32,000 nt of DNA from NCBI RefSeq assembly GCF_000016745.1, contig NC_009483.1:2160001-2192000 (forward strand). Direction: 5' to 3'. Under the pieces are notes generated by a model. The model saw nothing but the letters and a program-made list of their open reading frames with translations. It made no database searches and was not told the DNA's origin. The DNA comes from Geotalea uraniireducens Rf4 (GTDB taxonomy: Bacteria; Desulfobacterota; Desulfuromonadia; Geobacterales; Geobacteraceae). Shown one piece after another: positions 17,758 through 25,656 of this stretch. A program made the position numbers and the translations under genes. How positions within the stretch are numbered: the stretch's first letter is position 1; every line of letters begins with the position of its first letter.

Positions 17758-18693
17758 ATGAGTAAAAAAGCTTTTATTTTCCCTGGCCAGGGCTCTCAAT
17801 ATGCCGGCATGGGAAAAGACCTTGCCGATAATTTCAAAGCTGCTGCACACGTCTTTGCCGAGGCCGATGATGCCCTTGGCTTCAAGCTGTCTAAACTCTG
17901 CTTCGAAGGTCCCGAAGAAGATCTGAAACTGACTGCCAACACCCAGCCGGCCATACTTACCGTCAGTATTGCTGCTCTACGGGTGCTTCAGGAGGAAACC
18001 TCGCTGACTGCCGATTTCCTCGCCGGTCACTCTCTCGGTGAATATTCGGCGCTGGTTGCAGCCGGCGCCATGCAATTTGCCGATGCAGTACGCACTGTTC
18101 GAGCACGCGGTACCTTCATGCAGGAGGCGGTGCCGGTGGGAGTCGGGTCTATGGCAGCGATACTTGGGGTCGAAGCCGACATACTGGCTCAAATCTGCGC
18201 CGAAGCAGCTCAAGGTGAGGTCGTTTCGCCGGCGAACTTCAACTCACCGGGGCAGATTGTTGTTGCAGGCCATAGCGGTGCCGTGAATCGCGCCATCGAG
18301 ATTGCCAAGGCCCGCGGTTTCAGAAAAGCCATGCTTCTGCCGGTAAGCGCACCGTTCCATAGCAGTTTGATGGAGCCTGCAGGAGCGCGTTTGGCAGGGG
18401 TTCTGGAAGCTATTGAAATATCGTCGCTGCAGGCTCCCGTCGTTTCCAATGTCGAGGCGAAAGCCAATAGCGACATGAAGCGCGTCAAGGAGCTCTTGGT
18501 CAAGCAGGTCAGCGCACCGGTTCTTTGGGATGCATCGGTGCAGGAGATGGCGGCTTGCGGTGTTACTGCGTTTGTTGAGATCGGACCGGGCAAGGTACTT
18601 GCCGGGTTGGTAAAACGGATCGATAAAACGGCTGAAACCAGAAACGTTCAGGATGTGGATAGCCTGAAGGCGTTGGTTCAGGAGGGATTATGA
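17758..18693 (+). CDS. fabD: Malonyl-CoA:ACP transacylase
   Basis: The ATG at 17758 follows AAGGAAG. FIFPGQGSQYAGMG and GHSLGEYSAL (active-site Ser) are present. The upstream part of the ORF-track entry overlaps fabH and is not needed. Confidence 0.96.
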   Translation: MSKKAFIFPGQGSQYAGMGKDLADNFKAAAHVFAEADDALGFKLSKLCFEGPEEDLKLTANTQPAILTVSIAALRVLQEETSLTADFLAGHSLGEYSALVAAGAMQFADAVRTVRARGTFMQEAVPVGVGSMAAILGVEADILAQICAEAAQGEVVSPANFNSPGQIVVAGHSGAVNRAIEIAKARGFRKAMLLPVSAPFHSSLMEPAGARLAGVLEAIEISSLQAPVVSNVEAKANSDMKRVKELLVKQVSAPVLWDASVQEMAACGVTAFVEIGPGKVLAGLVKRIDKTAETRNVQDVDSLKALVQEGL

Positions 18694-19430
18694 GTCTCAA
18701 TGGCAGGGTGGCTGTGATTACCGGTGCTTCGCGCGGCATCGGCAAGGCTGTGGCCTTGAAACTGGCCGCGGAAGGTGCTGACCTTGTGGTGACCGCAACA
18801 TCGCTCGAAGCTGCCCGGATGACGGCCGATGAAATTATTCAGTTGGGCGGCAAGGCTTTGGCGTTGAAGGTTGATGTTTCGATAACGGAAGAGGTCGAGT
18901 CTCTTTTCCATAAGACAATTGAAGAGTTCGGCCGGGTGGATATCCTGATCAACAATGCGGGGATTACCAGGGATGGACTTCTGTTGCGCATGAAGGAAGC
19001 GGACTGGGATGCGGTGCTGGATGTCAACCTCAAGGGGGCGTTCAACTGCACCCGCGAGGCTGCCAAATACATGACCAAGGCCAGGTATGGCAGGATCGTC
19101 AATATAAGTTCCGTGGTCGGCGAGATAGGGAATGCCGGGCAGGTAAATTACTGTGCGAGCAAGGCCGGCATGTTCGGTCTCACCAAGGCGACGGCCAGGG
19201 AGCTTGCGAAGCGGAATATCACGGTGAACGCCGTTTCGCCCGGATTTATCGAGACGGATATGACAGGCGTGCTCTCGGAAAAAGTCAGGGAAAATCTCTT
19301 GCAGCAGATACCCCTGGAGCGTCTGGGGCAGCCCGAGGACATTGCAGCTGCCGTATATTTTCTGGTTTCCGCACAGTCCGGCTACATCACCGGTCATGTG
19401 CTGTCTGTGAACGGCGGAATGCATATGTAA
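18690..19430 (+). CDS. fabG: 3-oxoacyl-ACP reductase
   Basis: TGASRGIGKA Rossmann motif and SDR catalytic YCASKAG, 246 aa. An ATGA overlap joins it to the fabD stop. Confidence 0.97.
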   Translation: MSLNGRVAVITGASRGIGKAVALKLAAEGADLVVTATSLEAARMTADEIIQLGGKALALKVDVSITEEVESLFHKTIEEFGRVDILINNAGITRDGLLLRMKEADWDAVLDVNLKGAFNCTREAAKYMTKARYGRIVNISSVVGEIGNAGQVNYCASKAGMFGLTKATARELAKRNITVNAVSPGFIETDMTGVLSEKVRENLLQQIPLERLGQPEDIAAAVYFLVSAQSGYITGHVLSVNGGMHM

Positions 19431-19574
19431 CCGCACGTAAATATGGGGCGGGCTCTTTTTTGCTTTGCCGCTAAAAATACCTTTTGCAAAATCGTTTTTT
19501 CATGTTATGTAGCTAGGACAGTCAAACAAATCAACCAGCCTGAAAAGGTACAAAATCAAATGGAGGTGTAGGAA

Positions 19575-19808
19575 ATGTCATCGATTGATAAACGGATTAA
19601 AGAAATAGTAGCTGAACAACTGGGAGTCGACGAGGGGCAGGTTACCAACGAGGCTTCTTTCATGGATGACCTTGGCGCCGACTCTCTGGACACAGTGGAG
19701 CTGGTTATGGCTCTTGAAGAAGAATTCGACATCGAAATTTCCGATGAAGATGCCGAGAAGATCCAGTCGGTGCAGGACGCCATAGATTATATCACTGATC
19801 ATACCTAG
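19575..19808 (+). CDS. acpP: Acyl carrier protein
   Basis: [20 protein letters not shown] carries the phosphopantetheine Ser. GGAGGTG lies upstream. 77 aa. Confidence 0.98.
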   Translation: MSSIDKRIKEIVAEQLGVDEGQVTNEASFMDDLGADSLDTVELVMALEEEFDIEISDEDAEKIQSVQDAIDYITDHT

Positions 19809-19814
19809 CAGATT

Positions 19815-19843
19815 AAGGGGAGGATAAAACTTCCCCTTTTTTC
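19815..19843 (+). terminator. Hairpin plus T-run after acpP (partial terminator or attenuator)
   Basis: AAGGGGA pairs with TCCCCTT around a 10-nt loop, followed by TTTTTT. fabF starts about 50 nt later, so read-through is expected. Confidence 0.5.
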
Positions 19844-19895
19844 TTAGGGTACGCGCCTTTTGAAGTGGATTTAGAACGTTAAGGAGCTTCAATTT

Positions 19896-21128
19896 ATGAG
19901 AAGAGTCGTAGTAACGGGAGTCGGTGTCGTATCGCCACTTGGAACCGGCAACCAGAAAAACTGGGATGCCGTCACGGCCGGTAAATCAGGTATCGGCCTG
20001 ATTACGCGGTTCGATGCCACTGACTTGCCAGTACACATAGCAGGCGAGGTAAAGGATTTCGTTGCCGAAGATTTTATCGACAAAAAAGAAATCAAAAAAA
20101 TGGATTACTTTATTCAGTACGCCTTGGGAGCTGCACATTTTGCCATGGAAGATTCCGGGCTGCAAATAACCGAGGAGAATGCTGAGAGGGTTGGGGTTCT
20201 CGTCGGTGCCGGATTGGGCGGATTGCCTGCCATTGAAAGATACCATTCAGCCATGCTGGAGGGTGGGTATAAGAAGATATCCCCTTTCTTCATTCCCATG
20301 CTCATCATCAATCTGGCGCCGGGGCATATTTCGATCAAGTACGGTGCCAAAGGTCCGAACGTATCTTCCGTATCCGCCTGCGCTACCGGTACCCATTCCA
20401 TCGGCGACGCCTATCACATGATCAAGCGCGGTGATGCCGACGCCATGATTGCCGGCGGTACCGAATCAACGGTAACCCCCCTTGGCATCGGCGGATTTTC
20501 CGTTATGAAAGCCCTTTCCACCTGTAACGATGATCCTTCTGCTGCGTCGCGTCCTTTTGATAAAAACCGTGACGGATTTGTTCTTGCCGAAGGGGCAGGA
20601 ATAGTCGTGCTGGAGGAATACGAGGCTGCAAAAAAACGTGGTGCAAAGATATACGCCGAGGTCGCAGGTTACGGCCTGAGCGGTGATGCATATCATCTCA
20701 CCGCACCGGCCCCTGACGGAGAGGGTGCAGCCCGCTGCATCAAAATGGCGCTTGCCACTGCCGGGGTAAAACCTGAAGAGGTTGATTACATCAATGCCCA
20801 TGGTACGTCGACACACTTCAACGATCTTTATGAGACCATGGCTATCAAACGGGTTTTCGGCGATCATGCCAAAAAACTGATGGTATCATCTACGAAGTCC
20901 ATGACCGGTCATCTCCTCGGCGCTGCCGGCGGGGTCGAGGCGGTATTTACCTTGTTGGCCATGGAGAAGGGTGTTGTTCCGCCGACCATAAACTATCAGA
21001 ATCCCGATCCCGATTGTGACCTGGATTACGTTCCCAACACTGCCCGTAATGCTTCGATCAACTGTGCGCTCAGCAATTCATTCGGTTTTGGCGGCACTAA
21101 CGCAACGCTTCTCTTTAAAAAGATATAG
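19896..21128 (+). CDS. fabF: 3-oxoacyl-ACP synthase II (KAS II)
   Basis: The active-site Cys lies in SACATGTHS, with [16 protein letters not shown] and FGFGGTNA also present. 410 aa. Confidence 0.97.
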   Translation: MRRVVVTGVGVVSPLGTGNQKNWDAVTAGKSGIGLITRFDATDLPVHIAGEVKDFVAEDFIDKKEIKKMDYFIQYALGAAHFAMEDSGLQITEENAERVGVLVGAGLGGLPAIERYHSAMLEGGYKKISPFFIPMLIINLAPGHISIKYGAKGPNVSSVSACATGTHSIGDAYHMIKRGDADAMIAGGTESTVTPLGIGGFSVMKALSTCNDDPSAASRPFDKNRDGFVLAEGAGIVVLEEYEAAKKRGAKIYAEVAGYGLSGDAYHLTAPAPDGEGAARCIKMALATAGVKPEEVDYINAHGTSTHFNDLYETMAIKRVFGDHAKKLMVSSTKSMTGHLLGAAGGVEAVFTLLAMEKGVVPPTINYQNPDPDCDLDYVPNTARNASINCALSNSFGFGGTNATLLFKKI

Positions 21129-21142
21129 CGGGAAGGGTGCCA

Positions 21143-21595
21143 ATGATGATAGCAATCGGTAGTGATCATGGCGGCCTGTCTCTGAAAGAGGCATTGAAAA
21201 AACTGTTGGCAGAGCGTGGAATCTCCTTTGAGGACTGCGGCACCGATAATGGTGATTCCGTTGATTATCCGGATTTCGGTGTAAAGGTGGCCAGGAAGGT
21301 TTCTTCGGGCGAAGTGGAGAAGGGGATACTCGTTTGCGGCACCGGTATCGGTATGTCGATAGTGGCCAACAAATTTCCTCGAGTTCGCGCTGCACTCGTA
21401 ACGGATTCTTTTATGGCGCAGATGGCCAAGGAACACAATAACGCAAACATACTGGTGCTCGGCGGCAGGGTACTGGATGAGAACGCGGCCAGAACGATGG
21501 TGGCAACCTGGTTGGATGCCACATTTGAGGGTGGCCGTCACCAGGCCAGGCTCGACAAAATAGAAGACATCGAAAAGGAACTGCGTAGGTCGTAG
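21143..21595 (+). CDS. rpiB: Ribose-5-phosphate isomerase B
   Basis: MMIAIGSDHGG..., CGTGIGMSIVANK and LGGRV are present. The ATG at 21143 lies 6 nt after GGGAAGG. The ORF-track GTG at 21137 is an alternative start. Confidence 0.93.
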   Translation: MMIAIGSDHGGLSLKEALKKLLAERGISFEDCGTDNGDSVDYPDFGVKVARKVSSGEVEKGILVCGTGIGMSIVANKFPRVRAALVTDSFMAQMAKEHNNANILVLGGRVLDENAARTMVATWLDATFEGGRHQARLDKIEDIEKELRRS

Positions 21596-21638
21596 TCTGC
21601 TGCGCGGCTAAGTTAAATATGTGAAATCAACACTGATT

Positions 21639-21670
21639 ACGGGACTGCTATAGTCCCGTTTCCTTTTCTC
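21639..21670 (+). terminator. Hairpin plus T-rich tail between rpiB and glyA
   Basis: ACGGGACT (21639-21646) pairs perfectly with AGTCCCGT (21652-21659) around a 5-nt loop, followed by TTCCTTTTCTC. Confidence 0.5.
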
Positions 21671-21692
21671 ATACCAAATAAAGGAGCGACTC

Positions 21693-22940
21693 ATGTCAAT
21701 TCTGGAAACATTTGACCCGGCGGTAGCAAATGCCATTCGCCTGGAAACCGAACGTCAGGAATATAACCTGGAACTTATTGCCTCGGAGAACTTCGTTTCT
21801 GAAGCCGTGATGGAGGCTCAGGGATCGGTGTTAACCAACAAATATGCAGAAGGTTATCCCGGTAAACGTTATTATGGCGGTTGCCACAACGTCGACATCG
21901 TCGAGAATCTGGCCATTGAACGGGCCAAGGAGCTTTTTGGTGCTGAACACGCCAATGTGCAGCCACACTCCGGCTCACAGGCAAATATGGCGGTTTATTT
22001 TACCGTGCTGAAGCCCGGCGACACGGTATTGGGGATGAACCTGGCCCATGGCGGGCATCTGACCCACGGCAGCCCGGTGAATTTCTCCGGCAAGTTCTTC
22101 AATATCGTTCCCTACGGCGTGACCCGGGAAAATCAGACCATCGACTATGATGAGGTGGAAAGACTGACCCTGGAGCACAAACCGAAAATGATAGTCGTCG
22201 GAGCCAGCGCCTATCCGCGCATTATCGATTTTGCCGCTTTTCGTAAGGTTGCCGACAAGGTCGGAGCGGTGGTAATGGTGGATATGGCCCACATTGCCGG
22301 TCTGGTTGCCGCCGGTCTTCATCCGAGTCCCGTTCCCCATGCCGAGTTTGTCACAACTACCACGCATAAGACATTGCGCGGTCCCCGCGGCGGCATGATT
22401 CTTTGCCGCGAGGAGTTTGCCAAGGCACTCAACTCCAATATCTTTCCCGGTATTCAGGGTGGGCCGCTCATGCACGCAATTGCTGCCAAGGCGGTCGCCT
22501 TCAAGGAGGCTTTGGCGCCGGAGTTCAAGACATATCAGGAGCAGATCGTAAAGAACGCCAAGGCTCTGGCCGCCGGACTCGTAAAGCAAGGATTCAAACT
22601 GACATCGGGCGGAACCGACAACCATCTGATGCTGGTTGACCTCTCAGAAACACAGCTTACCGGCAAAGTAGCCGAAGAAGCACTGGATAAGGCGGGAATC
22701 ACCGTCAACAAGAACGGTATTCCGTTTGATACCCGTTCTCCCTTTATCACGTCAGGTATTCGTATCGGCACACCTGCTGCCACTACGCACGGCCTCAAAG
22801 AGGCGAACATGGAAGAAGTGGCTGTCTTGATTGCCGATGCCCTGGCCAACGTTGAGAATGAAACAAAGCTGGCCGAGGTAAAGGGCCGGGTAAATGCCAT
22901 GATGAAACGCTTTCCGTTGTATGCCCACCGATTGGCATAG
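21693..22940 (+). CDS. glyA: Serine hydroxymethyltransferase
   Basis: [17 protein letters not shown] and [14 protein letters not shown] (PLP lysine) are present. 415 aa with AAGGAG upstream. Confidence 0.98.
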   Translation: MSILETFDPAVANAIRLETERQEYNLELIASENFVSEAVMEAQGSVLTNKYAEGYPGKRYYGGCHNVDIVENLAIERAKELFGAEHANVQPHSGSQANMAVYFTVLKPGDTVLGMNLAHGGHLTHGSPVNFSGKFFNIVPYGVTRENQTIDYDEVERLTLEHKPKMIVVGASAYPRIIDFAAFRKVADKVGAVVMVDMAHIAGLVAAGLHPSPVPHAEFVTTTTHKTLRGPRGGMILCREEFAKALNSNIFPGIQGGPLMHAIAAKAVAFKEALAPEFKTYQEQIVKNAKALAAGLVKQGFKLTSGGTDNHLMLVDLSETQLTGKVAEEALDKAGITVNKNGIPFDTRSPFITSGIRIGTPAATTHGLKEANMEEVAVLIADALANVENETKLAEVKGRVNAMMKRFPLYAHRLA

Positions 22941-22960
22941 GGTGGCTACAGCAAATGTTG

Positions 22961-22990
22961 AAAAAGGGGACATGTCATGTCCCCTTTTTT
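22961..22990. terminator. Bidirectional rho-independent terminator between convergent glyA and the HTH gene
   Basis: AAAAA-GGGGACAT-gtc-ATGTCCCC-TTTTTT forms a perfect 8-bp stem. An A-run lies on one side and a T-run on the other. Confidence 0.8.
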
Positions 22991-23018
22991 GTTTATAAAT
23001 TGTTTTGTGCTCCGGTAA

Positions 23019-23471
23019 TCAAAGGCCGCATGCCCTCATTTCCTTGTCCAGCTTATCCCTGCTGATGCCAAGAGCGCGGCATATGGTATCCTTGTCGCAG
23101 TGGTAACGGTCCAGGGCCATGAGAAACAGGGCCTTTTTCAGCGAATTGGACAGCTTGTCCATTACATTCGTTTTGCTCGTTGCCGAGATCAGCGAAAAGA
23201 GCGGTTCCAGGTTGCGTTCGAACAGCCTGGCGTTTTCATCGATTTTCCTTCTGCCGGACGCGTCCATTCTCTTCACCTTTACGATGTTGGCGATAAAATC
23301 GTCCATGTTGTCCTGTACATACCTCAGGGTATCCCAGTGGTTATCAACGGTCATCATCTGACTTGCGGCCTTCTCCGTGCCGGCTTTTCCCTTTCTCATC
23401 ATAACCACTTCCATGACGCGGTAGCTGCATTCGCCGGCCTTTTCATCCGGCATCATATAACGGTATCCCAT
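23019..23471 (-). CDS. Small cytoplasmic protein with a C-terminal Fis-type helix-turn-helix; N-terminal ~100 aa unrecognised
   Basis: The ATG at 23471 lies 7 nt after AAGGAGG (minus strand). The C-terminus KKALFLMALDRYHCDKDTICRALGISRDKLDKEMRACGL resembles the Fis/NtrC DNA-binding tail. The gene starts 31 nt after the cytochrome stop, which suggests an operon. The ORF-track extension to 23543 would overlap the cytochrome gene and lacks an RBS. Confidence 0.7.
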   Translation of the reverse strand: MGYRYMMPDEKAGECSYRVMEVVMMRKGKAGTEKAASQMMTVDNHWDTLRYVQDNMDDFIANIVKVKRMDASGRRKIDENARLFERNLEPLFSLISATSKTNVMDKLSNSLKKALFLMALDRYHCDKDTICRALGISRDKLDKEMRACGL

Positions 23472-23502
23472 GGTCGTATCCTCCTTACCGTCGTTGACGT
23501 TT

Positions 23503-24099
23503 TTATTTGATATGACAGGAGAAGCAGAGGTTGCTGTACTCATTGCTCGTCACCAGGTGGTTCCTATCCGGGTTGAGCGGATTATGGCAACTCAGGCATC
23601 CCACCTTGCCGTCGACAAAGAGCATGTTCGGATTGAGGCTGTTGACGCTTCTCAACTGGTCGTTCATATAACTGGCATTCCCGTAATGCATGCCGATCGG
23701 ATGACTGCCCAGCGCACTTTGCGCAGCATCCGCATCGGGCCGGCTCGTGTTTTTAAAACGGGTATCGTGGGAAGGGGCGCTCGTACCATCGTGGCAGGAG
23801 ATGCAGTCGAAGGAAAACGCATCGATCTCCAATCGTTCACCGCCGTTGACGATTACCCTGTTATTGTCGCCGGACATCTCGCCGTAGAGTGAGGTGGCAG
23901 CCTGCCTGGCGACAGCAAACCGGTTTTGGAATAAGACCTTTTCGTAGGGGTCCTCCAGCTGCCGGGTAAAAGAGCAGATACCCAATGAGCCATCACCAAG
24001 CGAAGCAGAAGCGATGCTGGCGGTAGAGACGAAAGCGGAAGCAAAAAGAGCGGCTACCATGAATTTCTTTGCGCCGGATGTAAAGTTTGTCGTTAGCAT
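23503..24099 (-). CDS. Secreted/periplasmic triheme c-type cytochrome (doubled-CXXCH-like C-terminus)
   Basis: 198 aa with AGGAGGGA upstream of the ATG. The signal peptide is KKFMVAALFASAFVSTASIASA. Three CXXCH motifs are present (CISCH, CLSCH, CFSCH), along with extra His residues (SHD, SHPIGMHY, NHL) that could provide bis-His ligation. Confidence 0.85.
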   Translation of the reverse strand: MLTTNFTSGAKKFMVAALFASAFVSTASIASASLGDGSLGICSFTRQLEDPYEKVLFQNRFAVARQAATSLYGEMSGDNNRVIVNGGERLEIDAFSFDCISCHDGTSAPSHDTRFKNTSRPDADAAQSALGSHPIGMHYGNASYMNDQLRSVNSLNPNMLFVDGKVGCLSCHNPLNPDRNHLVTSNEYSNLCFSCHIK

Positions 24100-24196
24100 G
24101 GCCTGTCCCTCCTGAAAGCGTTGTATTTACCTTAGCTATTACAACAGCCGTACCAGCGGACGAATAATCTTAAATAATCTTGTAACGCCGCTGAAT

Positions 24197-24331
24197 TATT
24201 GAGTAAATCAATAGATACGGCGGGAGGCTAGCTGAAAGAGGGCGGCAGTGCAACTGTTCCAACCCTGCACAGGAGTCATTGCGTAATCAATAAATAGACC
24301 GTTATATCAATATGTTAAGAATGAATTGATA
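24197..24331. promoter_or_regulatory. Cluster of ATCAATA / TATTGAT motifs in the divergent control region (candidate operator array)
   Basis: ATCAATA occurs at 24207-24213, 24286-24292 and 24306-24312. The inverted copy ATTGATA lies at 24325-24331 and a near-copy TATTGAG at 24197-24203. Two pairs form inverted repeats: TATTGA-n5-TCAATA and TATCAAT-n13-ATTGATA. The region is AT-rich, so chance is not excluded. Confidence 0.3.
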
Positions 24332-24468
24332 AAAGTGAACAGCGGTTCTACTTTGCACAGGCGAAATGGTTAAAGGAATCCTTTAATTCAGGCAAAAGCT
24401 GTGTTATATAATCTGAGACCTTAATAGATCGGTAATGTTGCAGACTACGCTGTTGTTTGGGAGGAATT

Positions 24469-25644
24469 ATGAAGAGCATCAGATCATTTGCCGTGATGTT
24501 GACCATATGTTTTTTACTCGACGTTACCGGAGGGACGGCTGCCGAGAAAAAACCTGCGGTGAAAAAAGAGGTCGTCAAGCAGGAGGAATTTGCCGCTGAC
24601 CTGGTTACAGCCTTGGGGTGGGAGGCTGGTCTTCCAGAAAAGCCCAGGGAAAATGATTACTTGGCCATTCTTTCAGGGAAGCGGGTTTTCAGGTTTGAAG
24701 CTGAAGATGTCTATGATGTTAAAAACGACAACGTTTCCGTGCGCAACTATTCCTTATACGGTTCCTTTACCGGCAGGGGGTGGGTGAGCGGGGTTGCGGT
24801 GCCGACCATTGCCCATTTCAAGGTATTCATTCCGCTGGAAGGGAGCTATAACCTCATCGTTGCTGCCAAGGGGGACGGGCAGAAGTGGCAGGCCGGCGGG
24901 AAGGAATTTACCGTCAGTACCGGCGGAAAGCTCAGTGAGGCTGTGGCTGGTGCGATACCTCTAAAAGCCGGGGTGCAGGAACTAAACGTTGTTATCCCTC
25001 CTGATGGGGGGGTCGATTACTTTGTACTCGAAGGGCTACCGTTGCCGCCTGTGGAGCCGGTTGGCGGTTGGCATATGCAGAATGTTCTGAAAATGGGGGA
25101 GCTGGCGGAGATCACCGCTGCACTCCTCGACCTGGAGAAGCAACTCCCCGATGATCCGACGGATAGTACGAAAACGCTTTCTGCGGCAGATGTTGCACAG
25201 CTCCCCCTCACGGTGAAAACCACTACCATCGGTTATCTGGGCAAGTTCATTGCCAAGCAATGGGTGAGGGCCGATTACAGGGGCGCCCAACTGGAAATTC
25301 CGTTCAGTGTTGAAAATAGCGCTGTTTATGGTCTCAAAATCAGATTACTGGGTAAGGAGTTGACTGCTGAACTTGATGGCAGGAAAATCATCAGACCGGC
25401 CAAGCCCTATCTGGATTGGGTGGATTTAGGCTATTTCCGGCTTGAGCGCGGCACACACAAGCTCCTGGTAGAACTGACGACAAACGGAGGGATCGATGTG
25501 GTCCAGTTGACCGGGAAAAAGTCCTCTCCGGCCGAATATATGGCGGTCTGCGGCATGAAGGGCGATCCCGAAGCCCCTGTTAAACGCCCGGAACTGGATA
25601 AAATTCTGGCTTCTCTGGTAGAACGTTTCAAGGGCAGAAAATAA
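24469..25644 (+). CDS. Secreted protein with two tandem CBM/galactose-binding-like beta-sandwich modules; function unknown
   Basis: The ATG at 24469 follows GGGAGG. The signal peptide is MKSIRSFAVMLTICFLLDVTGGTAA. There are two internally similar modules ending in PDGGVDYFVLEG and TNGGIDVVQLTG. The first opens with FRFEAEDVYDV and the second contains LERGTHKLLVEL. These patterns are typical of CBM6/35-like domains, judged by eye rather than by HMM. Confidence 0.8.
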   Translation: MKSIRSFAVMLTICFLLDVTGGTAAEKKPAVKKEVVKQEEFAADLVTALGWEAGLPEKPRENDYLAILSGKRVFRFEAEDVYDVKNDNVSVRNYSLYGSFTGRGWVSGVAVPTIAHFKVFIPLEGSYNLIVAAKGDGQKWQAGGKEFTVSTGGKLSEAVAGAIPLKAGVQELNVVIPPDGGVDYFVLEGLPLPPVEPVGGWHMQNVLKMGELAEITAALLDLEKQLPDDPTDSTKTLSAADVAQLPLTVKTTTIGYLGKFIAKQWVRADYRGAQLEIPFSVENSAVYGLKIRLLGKELTAELDGRKIIRPAKPYLDWVDLGYFRLERGTHKLLVELTTNGGIDVVQLTGKKSSPAEYMAVCGMKGDPEAPVKRPELDKILASLVERFKGRK

Positions 25645-25656
25645 GCGGAGAGAGCG

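Noticed and set aside
23472-23543. Upstream 24 codons of the 174-aa ORF-track entry for the HTH protein
   Set aside because: This part would overlap the cytochrome gene by 41 nt. The internal ATG at 23471 has a consensus AAGGAGG at ideal spacing, whereas the longer start has none.
24355-24403. GEMM-I-like string GCACAGGCGAAATGG...CAGGCAAAAGCTGTG upstream of the CBM-like gene, considered because a cGAMP synthase is nearby
   Set aside because: It has only a superficial resemblance to GCACAGGGCAAACC...GACGCAAAGCC. The first hairpin has no GNRA tetraloop and the invariant GACGCAAAGCC block is absent. No second GC-rich P2 hairpin follows. The minus-strand leader of the cytochrome gene also lacks these blocks.
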